Below the pieces are notes generated by a model. That model was not told the origin of the DNA, searched no databases, and was given only the letters and a program-made list of their open reading frames with translations. Below are positions 9,374 through 19,180 of a DNA stretch of 64,000 nt, one piece after another (positions within the stretch are counted from its first letter, which is position 1; each line of letters starts with the position of its first letter). The DNA lies in NCBI GenBank assembly GCA_963753975.1, contig CAVWEH010000005.1, forward strand, positions 512,001 to 576,000. The letters are read 5' to 3'. Position numbers and translations under genes: made by a program. Origin of the DNA: an uncultured delta proteobacterium. GTDB taxonomy: Bacteria > Desulfobacterota > Syntrophia > Syntrophales > Smithellaceae.

Positions 9374-10367
9374 TTCTCTGGGTTTTGTTATATTTCTTGT
9401 TTTCATTGCCTTGGTTTTTGATTTTCTCAACGGGTTTCATGATTCCGCCAATTCCATATCCACCGTTGTTTCCACCCGTGTTCTTTCTCCGAAATTTGCC
9501 GTCCTTTGGGCGGCATTCTTTAACTTTATCGCCGCTTTCTTCATTGGAACGGAAGTTGCCAATACTGTCGGTCGCGGCATTATTCATACAGACATTGTGA
9601 ATAATTCATTAATTCTCGCAGCTTTGGGGGGAGCCATAATTTGGAACATCGCCACATGGTACTACGGACTCCCCAGCAGTTCCTCCCACGCCTTGATCGG
9701 CGGACTAATCGGAGCTGCAGTTGCCAAAGCTGGGACCAGCACATTGGTCTGGTCTGGTATCATCAAAACAACCGCCTTCATTGTTCTCTCACCAACTATC
9801 GGTTTGGTCTTAGGCTATATTTTTATGATTATTTCCCTAAACCTAAATCAAAACTCGAACATCGCTCGATCAGATAAGCTTTATCGAAAGCTACAGCTTA
9901 TTTCTTCGGCCATATACTCCACAGGACACGGTATGAACGATGCACAAAAAACCATGGGAATTATTGCTATGGCCCTTTATAGCAAGGGACTTTTGGGTGC
10001 TACCTTTTCTATTCCTTTTTGGATTATTATTGCGTGTTATAGTGTTATTGCCTTGGGAACAATGTTTGGCGGCTGGCGCATCGTTAAAACCATGGGTACC
10101 AAAATCACCAAACTCCGTCCCATCGGCGGGTTCAGCGCTGAAGCTGCTGCTGCCTGTTCCATTATTGGCGCCTCTATCGCCGGAATACCGGTCAGCACAA
10201 CACACACGATTACTGGTGCCATAGTTGGCGTCGGCGCCACCACAAGACTTACCGCCGTGCGCTGGGGTGTTGCCGGTAATATTATTTGGGCCTGGATTTT
10301 AACCATCCCTGTTACCGCATTAATTTCCGCTATTATTTATCTTGCTTTAAAACATTTTTCCAGTTAA
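9366..10367 (+). CDS. pit: Inorganic phosphate transporter (Pit family)
   Basis: NGFHDSANSI, GLPSSSSHALIGG, GHGMNDAQKTMG and PVSTTH. Confidence 0.93.
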   Translation: MLDSLGFVIFLVFIALVFDFLNGFHDSANSISTVVSTRVLSPKFAVLWAAFFNFIAAFFIGTEVANTVGRGIIHTDIVNNSLILAALGGAIIWNIATWYYGLPSSSSHALIGGLIGAAVAKAGTSTLVWSGIIKTTAFIVLSPTIGLVLGYIFMIISLNLNQNSNIARSDKLYRKLQLISSAIYSTGHGMNDAQKTMGIIAMALYSKGLLGATFSIPFWIIIACYSVIALGTMFGGWRIVKTMGTKITKLRPIGGFSAEAAAACSIIGASIAGIPVSTTHTITGAIVGVGATTRLTAVRWGVAGNIIWAWILTIPVTALISAIIYLALKHFSS

Positions 10368-10395
10368 CATTCCATAAACCTTCACTAATTAAAGA

Positions 10396-11889
10396 TTGAA
10401 TATGAACATTTTAATGATTTATCCTCGCTATCCGGTTACTTTCTGGAGCTTTAAATATATTCTTAAGTATATATCCAAAAAAGCCGCTTTCCCGCCTCTC
10501 GGCTTACTTACCGTCGGAGCTATGCTGCCGAAAGAATGGAATCTGCGATTAGTCGATCTGAACATTCAAAAGCCCAAGCAAAAGGATTTAGAATGGGCGG
10601 ATTACGTGATGATCAGCGCGATGCTGGTGCAAAAAGATTCGGTCAGGGAAATCCTCGAAAATTGTAAAGAACTGAAGAAAAAGGTTATTGCCGGAGGTCC
10701 ACTGTTCACCGGCAAGCCGGAAACTTATGCCGATCTTGTCGACCATCTGATTCTAAATGAAGCAGAGTGTACACTACCTCAATTTTTGGCTGACCTGGAA
10801 AAGGGCATTCCCAAAAAACTTTACCGCTCCGATAGTTTTCCCCCTTTGCATATTACGCCACTACCGCGCTGGGATCTGGTAAAAATAAAACACTACGCTA
10901 CTTTGATGATCCAGTTTTCCCGTGGCTGTCCTTTTAACTGTGAGTTTTGCGATGTTACAACCTTATTCGGTCATAACCCGCGTACAAAAACTGAAAGGCA
11001 GTTCTTGCAAGAATTGCAAACCATTTACGATACAGGCTGGCGGGGAGCTCTATTTATTGTCGATGACAACTTCATCGGTAACAAAAAAGCTATTAAAGCA
11101 ATGCTGCCTCAGGTAATTGAATGGATGAAAGCCCGGAGATATCCTTTTGAGATGCTTACCGAAACATCCATTAATATCGCCGATGACGACGAGCTGATTC
11201 AACTTATGACGGAAGCCGGTTTTCAAAGCATATTCATCGGTCTGGAAACACCCAATGAAGAAAGCTTAAAGGAATGTTCCAAAAATCAAAACTGCGAACG
11301 TGATATGACCGCGGCTATTAAGAAATTGCAGGCCGCGGGACTGCAAGTTTTTGGCGGCTATATTGTTGGCTTCGATCATGATGATGAAAGTATTTTTGCG
11401 CGGCAGATTAAGTTTATCCAGGAAACAGGCGTCGTTACCGCTATGGTGGGCTTATTAAACGCTTTACCCAACACAAAATTATGGCACCGTCTAAAAAAAG
11501 AAAATCGCCTCGCGGACGTTTGTTCGGGAGACAATACCGATGGCTCTCTTAATTTTATTCCCCGCATGGACAAAGCGAAACTCATTGCGGGCTATAACAA
11601 AATCGTGAAGACCATTTACAGTCCTCGCCATTACTATCAACGCGTCAATGAATTTCTTAAAACCTACAAACCCCAACCATTTGCAAGAGCAAATAAATAT
11701 TCCTGGATACGTTTAAAAGCGTTAATGCGATCCGTTTTTTTTATCGGTATTTTAGGCAACGGCGTCTCGCAGTGGTACTATTGGAAACTTATGTTGAAAG
11801 CGCTAATTATTTACCGCAAGTCTTTTGCCGAAGCTATGACGCTCATGGTCTATGGTTACCACTTCCGTAAAATAGCCAAAAAATTATAA
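10396..11889 (+). CDS. B12-binding radical SAM protein (DUF4070-type C-terminus)
   Basis: PPLGLLTV B12 domain, RGCPFNCEFC, VDDNFIG and IVGFDHD. Confidence 0.85.
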   Translation: MNMNILMIYPRYPVTFWSFKYILKYISKKAAFPPLGLLTVGAMLPKEWNLRLVDLNIQKPKQKDLEWADYVMISAMLVQKDSVREILENCKELKKKVIAGGPLFTGKPETYADLVDHLILNEAECTLPQFLADLEKGIPKKLYRSDSFPPLHITPLPRWDLVKIKHYATLMIQFSRGCPFNCEFCDVTTLFGHNPRTKTERQFLQELQTIYDTGWRGALFIVDDNFIGNKKAIKAMLPQVIEWMKARRYPFEMLTETSINIADDDELIQLMTEAGFQSIFIGLETPNEESLKECSKNQNCERDMTAAIKKLQAAGLQVFGGYIVGFDHDDESIFARQIKFIQETGVVTAMVGLLNALPNTKLWHRLKKENRLADVCSGDNTDGSLNFIPRMDKAKLIAGYNKIVKTIYSPRHYYQRVNEFLKTYKPQPFARANKYSWIRLKALMRSVFFIGILGNGVSQWYYWKLMLKALIIYRKSFAEAMTLMVYGYHFRKIAKKL

Positions 11890-11918
11890 TTTTTTAACAA
11901 ACAGGTGGATTCAATTAC

Positions 11919-13184
11919 ATGGCGGAAAAGCTGTTGCCTTTTACAAAAAAACAAGTCGAAAAAATCATCGAAAAATATCCCACGCCCTTTCACATTTATG
12001 ACGAGAAGGCTATTCGCCAAAACGCACGTGATTTTAAAAAAACTTTTTCCTGGAATGAAGGATTTAAAGAGTTTTTTGCTGTCAAGGCCACGCCTAATCC
12101 CTATTTGATGAAAATCATGCAAAAGGAAGGTTTTGGTGCCGATTGCAGCTCGCTTGCAGAATTGATTTTGGCCCAAAAAACGGGTATCACCGGTGAAGAA
12201 ATTATGTTTTCTTCCAATGATACGCCCGCGGTTGAATTCGTCAAGGCTCGGGAGTTAAACGCGACGATTAATTTGGATGATATTATCCACATTCCTTATT
12301 TGGAAAAATATGCCGGACTGCCGGAACTGATTTGCTTTCGCTATAATCCCGGTCCTCTAAAGAAGGGTAATATTATTATCGGCCATCCCGAAGAAGCTAA
12401 ATTTGGCTTTACCCGCGAGCAGCTCTTTGAAGGTTACAAAATATGTAAGGCAAAAGGAATTAAACGTTTTGGCATTCATACGATGGTTGCTTCCAACGAA
12501 TTGGATGCCGCTTATTTTGTGGAAACAGCGGAAATTTTGTTTCAGCTTGTTGCTGACATTTCCCGGCAATTAAAAATCTGTTTTGAGTTTGTAAATTTGG
12601 GTGGAGGCGTGGGAATTCCCTATCGCCCGGAACAGCAGCGTATCGATCTTGCCGCAATAAACCGTGGCGTCAAAGAAAAATATGAAAAAATTATTGTTGC
12701 CCATCGCCTCGCGCCGATTAAAATCTTTACAGAATGCGGCCGTTATATTACCGGTCCCTATGGTTATCTTGTTTCCCGTGTCCTGCATATTAAGGATACC
12801 TATAAGAAATTCGCCGGCCTGGACGCCAGTATGGCGAACTTAATGCGTCCGGCACTTTACGGCGCGTATCATCATATCACGGTCATGGGCAAAGAAAAAC
12901 AACCGCAAAATATTCTTTATGATGTTACAGGTTCGCTTTGTGAAAACAACGATAAATTTGCCATCGACCGTCCTCTACCCAAACTGGAAAACGGGGATAT
13001 TATCGTCATTCACGATGCCGGTGCGCACGGCTTTGCTATGGGCTCCAATTATAACGGGAAACTCCGGTCCGCAGAGTTACTTTTAAGAGAAAACGGCGAA
13101 GTCGTGCAAATTCGACGCGCTGAAACCATCAACGATTATCTTGCTACCTTAGACTTTGGCGGTTTAAATAACTTTGCAGTGTAA
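11919..13184 (+). CDS. lysA: Diaminopimelate decarboxylase
   Basis: YPTP, FAVKA, NLGGG, ECGRY, GSLCENND, GAHG and SNYN. Confidence 0.9.
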   Translation: MAEKLLPFTKKQVEKIIEKYPTPFHIYDEKAIRQNARDFKKTFSWNEGFKEFFAVKATPNPYLMKIMQKEGFGADCSSLAELILAQKTGITGEEIMFSSNDTPAVEFVKARELNATINLDDIIHIPYLEKYAGLPELICFRYNPGPLKKGNIIIGHPEEAKFGFTREQLFEGYKICKAKGIKRFGIHTMVASNELDAAYFVETAEILFQLVADISRQLKICFEFVNLGGGVGIPYRPEQQRIDLAAINRGVKEKYEKIIVAHRLAPIKIFTECGRYITGPYGYLVSRVLHIKDTYKKFAGLDASMANLMRPALYGAYHHITVMGKEKQPQNILYDVTGSLCENNDKFAIDRPLPKLENGDIIVIHDAGAHGFAMGSNYNGKLRSAELLLRENGEVVQIRRAETINDYLATLDFGGLNNFAV

Positions 13185-13203
13185 TATTAAGTTCAAAGTC
13201 GTT

Positions 13204-13666
13204 TCATGAAATGTTAGATTTTTTGCCGGATATTTTTTCAATTCTGATGTCAATAGCAAAAACCTTCTTCAGCATTTTTTCGTTATAAGAAAAAGAGCTT
13301 CTGCCGGCGTATTTTTCCATAAGTAAATCCAAAGCTTTCTTTTTTTCGTTGGATTTCTCGATAAAAAAACTTCGCCAAAACCGATTACAGATAAATATTT
13401 CATACTCCAAAAACAAGGTTCTTTACCTTTTATAATCTCTGCGCTCACATCCATCTCGAAACATACTCTGTTATTTTTCCGGAGAACATCGATTTTCTTT
13501 CCTTCCATAGCTGAATAAAAATAAAGATGCTTTTCGTGGAGGGCAAATTGACCGGAACAATATAAGAACTGTAGCCATCAACCAAAGCGATCCGACAGAT
13601 TTTTGCTCTTTGCATGATCGCAACGATTTCCTGATTTTCTTTGATCTCTTTTTCTGCTCCGCGCAT
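13204..13666 (-). pseudogene. Pyridoxamine 5'-phosphate oxidase / NimA-like flavin-binding protein with two frameshifts
   Basis: Three overlapping ORF fragments join into one domain: MRGAEKEI..YIVPVN / LYF..EGKKID...NNRVCFE..SVIGFG / EKKKALDLLMEKY...ISGK. Confidence 0.8.
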
Positions 13667-13774
13667 ATTTCCTCCTTATAATGAAAATATTCACAAGAAA
13701 TCTTGCTATATTACCGCTGGTTATGATAAAAAAAGGATATAACTTTTTAAGTGCAACCTTAAAAAGGAGACTGC

Positions 13775-15112
13775 ATGAAGAAATTTAAAAAGTCGATAAT
13801 TTCTGATTTTCGTCTTGGTATTGCTCTTACGCTCGCCGCATTATTAGTCTTCTTTTTCTTTGGGGCACGCCTGGAAAGACTGGAATACGGCCTATATGAT
13901 ATAAGTGCCCGTCTTCGCGTAAAACCTTTTGTCGCACCAGTTTCAGTAATTGCTATTGATGAACAAAGTATTGCCAATTTTGGACGATGGCCCTGGCCGC
14001 GATCCTATATTGCCTTTATGATCGATCTTTTGGATTCTTATGAAGCTAAGGTAATTGGACTGGATATCATGTATTCGGAAAAGGATCTAAATCATGGTCT
14101 CCTGGAAGTACTTAACATCATCAGCACCATTGAAAACAATCCTCAATATTCCCAAAAAAACATGAGCACTATCGTTCTATTGGCGGCATTAAAAGATGCG
14201 GAAAAGCGTCTCGACAATGACTCTATTCTGTCCGATTCAATCGCTGTGAGCAAAAAGATTGTCCTGCCTTTGTTCTTCAATCTGGGAAGTCCTATCGACA
14301 AGTCTTCTACCAGTGGACCTGATTACATCGAAAATAATTCGCTTCCTTCCGGGTTTTTTCTTAACGGCATAACTTCCCGTGAAATGGTTACACCAATTAA
14401 TCTCTTTGCCAAAGACGCGCTGGGATTGGGGCACATTAACATCATCCCCGATAGAGACGGTATCATCCGCAGTGAACCTCCGTTCATCAATTTTAAAGAC
14501 AGGCTTTTCCCTTCCTTTGCGCTACAACTTACGTTAAAGTATCTGGATTTGAATTTGAAAGATTTGCAATTGGGCAAGCAATTGAAATTTGACAGCAAAA
14601 TAATCCCTATATATGACAACAATAAGATGCTCATCGACTTTACGCGCGGGGTTCCTTACTATTCGTTTTTCGACGTCATCAATAAAAAGATTCCTCCTGA
14701 AGCATTTAAGGATAAGATTGTAATTATTGCGCCAAGTACCGCCGGATTAGGAGTAATGCATACTACACCTATAGCTTTCAATGTTCCACAGGCAAAAATC
14801 GTCGCTAACGCCATTGACAACATGATCAACAACGATCATATTTTGCGGCCAACATGGGCATTGTGTCTTGAATTATTGATGATTTTCTTCTTCGGCCTTT
14901 ACATCGCCTTAATTATACCGCAACTAAAAGTGTCTATTGGCGTCATTATATCTTTAGCGCTTCTAGTATTGTGGCTGACAACCGGCGTTTATCTCTTTAT
15001 GGTTCACGGCTATTGGATAAAATCCATTTACCCCGCTCTTTTGCTGATAGTCGGCCATATTGCCGTGATATCCAAAAGATATCTACTTGCCAACATTAAA
15101 AGAGCACATTGA
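13775..15112 (+). CDS. CHASE2 sensor-domain membrane protein with no cytoplasmic output domain
   Basis: IAIDEQSI..FGRWPWPRS, IGLDI, PDRDGIIR, FKDKIVII and three C-terminal TM helices, then a stop. Confidence 0.85.
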   Translation: MKKFKKSIISDFRLGIALTLAALLVFFFFGARLERLEYGLYDISARLRVKPFVAPVSVIAIDEQSIANFGRWPWPRSYIAFMIDLLDSYEAKVIGLDIMYSEKDLNHGLLEVLNIISTIENNPQYSQKNMSTIVLLAALKDAEKRLDNDSILSDSIAVSKKIVLPLFFNLGSPIDKSSTSGPDYIENNSLPSGFFLNGITSREMVTPINLFAKDALGLGHINIIPDRDGIIRSEPPFINFKDRLFPSFALQLTLKYLDLNLKDLQLGKQLKFDSKIIPIYDNNKMLIDFTRGVPYYSFFDVINKKIPPEAFKDKIVIIAPSTAGLGVMHTTPIAFNVPQAKIVANAIDNMINNDHILRPTWALCLELLMIFFFGLYIALIIPQLKVSIGVIISLALLVLWLTTGVYLFMVHGYWIKSIYPALLLIVGHIAVISKRYLLANIKRAH

Positions 15113-15218
15113 TGCGGACAGTGTTGAATTTAACGAAATACCGAAACAAGATAGCAAACAGGTAAAAAATTAACGGATGCTTTAATAGCCTCCTTAAATT
15201 AAATTTACTTCAAAGAAG

Positions 15219-16040
15219 GTGACTGGCTGGATGAGATTGCATAAATTGAATTTAACCGCCGCCGGCAGAACCGATCAAGGACTGGTTCGTTCAAATAACG
15301 AAGATAATTACTATGTGGACATTAAAGCCGGACTTCTGATTGTAGCTGATGGAATGGGCGGTCATTCTGCGGGAGAAATAGCCAGTAAAATAGCCGTTAA
15401 TGTCATTAGCGATTATTTTCAACGAGAAAATAAGTTTACCGGCAATTATGATCACCCGTACAGTCCGGCAACAAATAAACTTAATTCCGCGTTGCGTTTG
15501 GCCAATTTAGCTGTCTTTGAAGCAGGGCAAAGTTCTCCTCAATTGAAGGGGATGGGAACGACTATTGCCGCAACGCTAATGATCGGCAACAAACTCAGCA
15601 TCGCCCATATTGGTGACAGCCGCGTTTATTTAATCAGATCGAACAATATCGAACAGTTGACCGATGACCATTCGATCGTCAATGAACAATTTAGACGTGA
15701 TATAATCACTAAAGAAGAAGCGGCAAACTCCAACATTAAAAATTTACTCACTAAAGCTCTGGGAATCAGCCCGGAAGCGGAAGCAGAATTAAATGAACTT
15801 ACCTTATTTGGTGATGATATACTACTTTTGTGTAGCGATGGTCTGAACACTATGCTAACTGATGAATCAATACTGAAAATAATATCTTTGGCGAAACGAC
15901 CCGGTGACGCCTGCGAACTTTTGATTGACGCAGCTAACGAAAAAGGCGGTAAAGATAATATTACTGTGATTGTAGGTTATATTAAAAAGAAAAAACGCTA
16001 TCCGGCATTTAATAAATTTACAGGATCTCTTAGGAGGTAA
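15219..16040 (+). CDS. PP2C-type Ser/Thr phosphatase (Stp1/PrpC family)
   Basis: TDQGLVRSNNED, VADGMGGH, GMGTT, HIGDSR, LCSDGL and DNIT. Confidence 0.93.
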   Translation: MTGWMRLHKLNLTAAGRTDQGLVRSNNEDNYYVDIKAGLLIVADGMGGHSAGEIASKIAVNVISDYFQRENKFTGNYDHPYSPATNKLNSALRLANLAVFEAGQSSPQLKGMGTTIAATLMIGNKLSIAHIGDSRVYLIRSNNIEQLTDDHSIVNEQFRRDIITKEEAANSNIKNLLTKALGISPEAEAELNELTLFGDDILLLCSDGLNTMLTDESILKIISLAKRPGDACELLIDAANEKGGKDNITVIVGYIKKKKRYPAFNKFTGSLRR

Positions 16041-16043
16041 TGT

Positions 16044-16799
16044 ATGACAAGAATATTATTAAAATACAAAAAAAATGTAATTAAAGATATTATCATGGAG
16101 AAAAAATTGCTAACTATCGGCAGGAAATCGGACAATGATATTTTTATCGATAATCAGGCCGTCTCCGGACATCACGCTGTGATAAAAATTGAAGGCGATG
16201 GTCTGTTTATCGAAGATTTAAACAGCCTTAACGGCACATTCTTAGAAGGCGATGGTCTGTTTATCGAAGATTTAAACAGCCTTAACGGCACATTCTTAAA
16301 CGGCCAAAAGGTATCTAAAGGCCAACTTTACAATGGTGATGTCATTTTAATTGGCGTATATACATTAGAGGTTATTTCTGACAAAATAAGAGGAAAAGAT
16401 AAAAGGAGTTTTACTATTCGCGGTCACTCCATGGAAGAAACCGTCGTTATAGCTCCGGATGATAAAAAGAAGATATTGATCTCTGCCGATAAAAGCGTAC
16501 AAGATCCGCTGGGAGGATTCATCGTCATTGAAGGATCAACTGATAGTAAAGAGTACCAATTTAAAGATAGAGTCTCAGCAATCGGCAAACAAAATGGTTC
16601 GGCGATAAAACTTAAAGGTCTTTTTGCACCCAAAGTAGCCGCGTTGGTCAACCGCCGCAAAGAAGGTTATTTTATTACACCATCAAACAACAAGGAATTG
16701 AAAATAAACGGCAAAGAAATTGACCACCGCTATGATTTAAAAGACGGTGATATTGTGGAAGTGGCCAAGCTTAAATTACAATTTTATCTTAAAGAGTAA
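16044..16799 (+). CDS. FHA domain protein (two FHA-like regions)
   Basis: IGRKSDNDI, VSGHHA, DLNSLNGTFLNG and LYNGDVI. Confidence 0.9.
   Translation: MTRILLKYKKNVIKDIIMEKKLLTIGRKSDNDIFIDNQAVSGHHAVIKIEGDGLFIEDLNSLNGTFLEGDGLFIEDLNSLNGTFLNGQKVSKGQLYNGDVILIGVYTLEVISDKIRGKDKRSFTIRGHSMEETVVIAPDDKKKILISADKSVQDPLGGFIVIEGSTDSKEYQFKDRVSAIGKQNGSAIKLKGLFAPKVAALVNRRKEGYFITPSNNKELKINGKEIDHRYDLKDGDIVEVAKLKLQFYLKE
16191..16298 (+). repeat. Perfect in-frame 54-bp tandem duplication inside the FHA gene
   Basis: gaaggcgatggtctgtttatcgaagatttaaacagccttaacggcacattctta x2. Confidence 0.97.
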
Positions 16800-16821
16800 A
16801 AGACCCTTTACAAGAGAATCC

Positions 16822-17628
16822 ATGAATACAATAGCAAATCGTCCCATAGGTGTCTTTGATTCGGGTATCGGCGGCCTGACCGTCGTTCGCGCCCTGATGG
16901 AATGCCTGCCTTTTGAAAATATTATTTACTTTGGCGATACTGCGCGCGTTCCTTATGGAATAAAGTCCGTTGAGACCATCAATCGCTACGCTGCGCAAAT
17001 CACCGAATTTCTCCTCAAGAAGGATGTGAAATTATTGATAGTTGCGTGCAATACAATGGCGGCAGTAGCCTATAAGACGATAAAAGAGCTTTCCCACGTT
17101 CCGGTTCTCGAAGTGATCAAGGCCAGCGCCAAAAGCGCCGTCCAGGATACCCGCACGAAATCCATCGGCGTCATCGGCACCCCGGCAACCATCAACAGCA
17201 ATGCTTATGCCCGCGCTATCAATCTCCTAGACAGAGACGCAAAGATTTTTTCGCAGGCTTGCCCGCTTTTCGTGCCGCTCGTCGAGGAGGGTTGGTTTGA
17301 TCATCCGGCAACGCGGCTCATTGCCCAGGAATACTTAAAGCCGGTGGTTGCCGAAAAAGTCGACACGTTGGTTCTGGGCTGCACTCATTATCCGCTTTTA
17401 AGATCTCTACTACAAGATATTGTGGGACGGAAAGTGAAGCTTATTGACTCGGCCCAAGCAATGGCTGACATTGCTTCAGCTTTAATCGATAAACAAAACA
17501 TTGCGAACAAAGATTCCCATAAGCCCGATTATCTTTTCTGCGTCAGCGATGTTCCTTACCGTTTTCAAACAATCGGTGAACGCTTTCTGGGGCGCACGCT
17601 CGGCCGGGTGGAATTGGTAAGACTTTAA
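16822..17628 (+). CDS. murI: Glutamate racemase
   Basis: PIGVFDSGIGG, GDTARVPYG, ACNT and LGCTHYP; start moved to ATG 16822. Confidence 0.96.
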   Translation: MNTIANRPIGVFDSGIGGLTVVRALMECLPFENIIYFGDTARVPYGIKSVETINRYAAQITEFLLKKDVKLLIVACNTMAAVAYKTIKELSHVPVLEVIKASAKSAVQDTRTKSIGVIGTPATINSNAYARAINLLDRDAKIFSQACPLFVPLVEEGWFDHPATRLIAQEYLKPVVAEKVDTLVLGCTHYPLLRSLLQDIVGRKVKLIDSAQAMADIASALIDKQNIANKDSHKPDYLFCVSDVPYRFQTIGERFLGRTLGRVELVRL

Positions 17629-17680
17629 ATAACCTTTATTCCGCCTTTCGCTTTGTTCGAAATAAATTCAGGCGCGATTT

Positions 17681-19150
17681 ATGAAAATTATCCTGGCCGG
17701 TTACAATTTAGATTACGACCTCATCCGCGAGCTTAAGGATAAAAGCGCCTTAAAGCAAGACTTGACGCCGGAAACTATTTCGGCGGCCTATGCCCGCATC
17801 AGCCGCAGTCCCAAGCCCGTCAACGAACTGCGGGAAATCGCCCGCGCCGAAGTCGACAAAGCGCGGCAGTCCAATCGCAATATCGTTTTTTCCATGGGGC
17901 ATAGTTCTGTCGCCGAACACGCTGTTTTCAATATCGACATTTTAGGTGTTTCCCGTCTTCTCGTCGAAGAAATCGAAAAATTCCGTCTATGTTCCTTTAC
18001 GGAAAAATCTCAGCGTTATGTTCTTTTTGACAAAGATTTTGTCGTCCCGGAAGAAATCAAACAATCCGGTTTCACTGATCTTTTCATCGGCACCATCAAA
18101 ATGCAAAATGACTATTACCATCAACTCTATGACCAATTAAAGCCTTACATTTTCTTAAAAAACAAGTCTCTGGCGGAAAATCCCACCAATCGTTCGCTTC
18201 TGGAAGGCTGGGCTAAAGAAGATGCCCGCTATGTGATAGCGCTGGCCACTGAAACTCAACTGGGTATGACAATCAATGCCCGCAATTTGGAACTTATGTT
18301 GCGGCGCTTGGCCGCGCTTCCTTTTACCGAAGCGCACGAATACAGCAAAAAATTGCACGCGGCGACTAAAGATATCGCTCCTTCTTTGATTCGTTATATT
18401 CATGCTAGCGATTACGATAGGCTAACCAGACCTAATTTACATAAACAGACTGAAACTTTCTCTGCACGATATAATAAAACAATAACCTCTAAACAATCCG
18501 GCGCCGCGTATTTGACTTTCTTTTCACCATCCGCCGATATAAAAGTCGCCACGTGTTTGCTTTTTTCTTCATCCAATTTAAATTATTCTCAATGTTTAAA
18601 CTGCGCAACCAGCATGTCACAAAAAGACCTTAAACTTTTGCTGAAAACGACTTTCGAATATCTTCAGTCTCATGACGCGGTGCTGAGGGAATTGGAAAAT
18701 GTCGATCTTCAATTTGAGCTTATAGTAAGCGCCAGCTGCTTCGCTCAATTGAAAAGGCACCGTACGGCCACAATAATAGCTCAAGACTATCATCCGCAAT
18801 TAGGCGTAACAATTCCTCCTTCCATTCGGGCAATCGGTGAGCAAAAGAATTTCATGGCAATTATGCGCCATACACAAAACGCTTACGAGCAAATTAAGAA
18901 AAAAGCGCCCCTCGCCGCCGCTTATATTCTCACTAACGCGCACCGCAGACGAGTTTTGATGAAATTCAATGCCCGCGAATTATATCATTTGGCACGCCTA
19001 CGTGCCGATCGACACGCGCAATGGGATATTCATGAATTGACGGAAGAGATGCTCAAGCGAGCAAAAAAAGTTATGCCCCTTACGCTTATGATGGCCTGTG
19101 GCAAAGACAATTTTGCAAAACTCTACGAAAAGACTTTTACGCGCATTTGA
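17681..19150 (+). CDS. thyX: FAD-dependent thymidylate synthase, tandem two-domain form
   Basis: GHSSVAEH, EKSQRY, EDARY and NARNL; second half has QLKRHR, NARELYH and RADRHAQWDI. Confidence 0.85.
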   Translation: MKIILAGYNLDYDLIRELKDKSALKQDLTPETISAAYARISRSPKPVNELREIARAEVDKARQSNRNIVFSMGHSSVAEHAVFNIDILGVSRLLVEEIEKFRLCSFTEKSQRYVLFDKDFVVPEEIKQSGFTDLFIGTIKMQNDYYHQLYDQLKPYIFLKNKSLAENPTNRSLLEGWAKEDARYVIALATETQLGMTINARNLELMLRRLAALPFTEAHEYSKKLHAATKDIAPSLIRYIHASDYDRLTRPNLHKQTETFSARYNKTITSKQSGAAYLTFFSPSADIKVATCLLFSSSNLNYSQCLNCATSMSQKDLKLLLKTTFEYLQSHDAVLRELENVDLQFELIVSASCFAQLKRHRTATIIAQDYHPQLGVTIPPSIRAIGEQKNFMAIMRHTQNAYEQIKKKAPLAAAYILTNAHRRRVLMKFNARELYHLARLRADRHAQWDIHELTEEMLKRAKKVMPLTLMMACGKDNFAKLYEKTFTRI

Positions 19151-19180
19151 AGATATTTTACCCTAACAAAACAAGATCAC

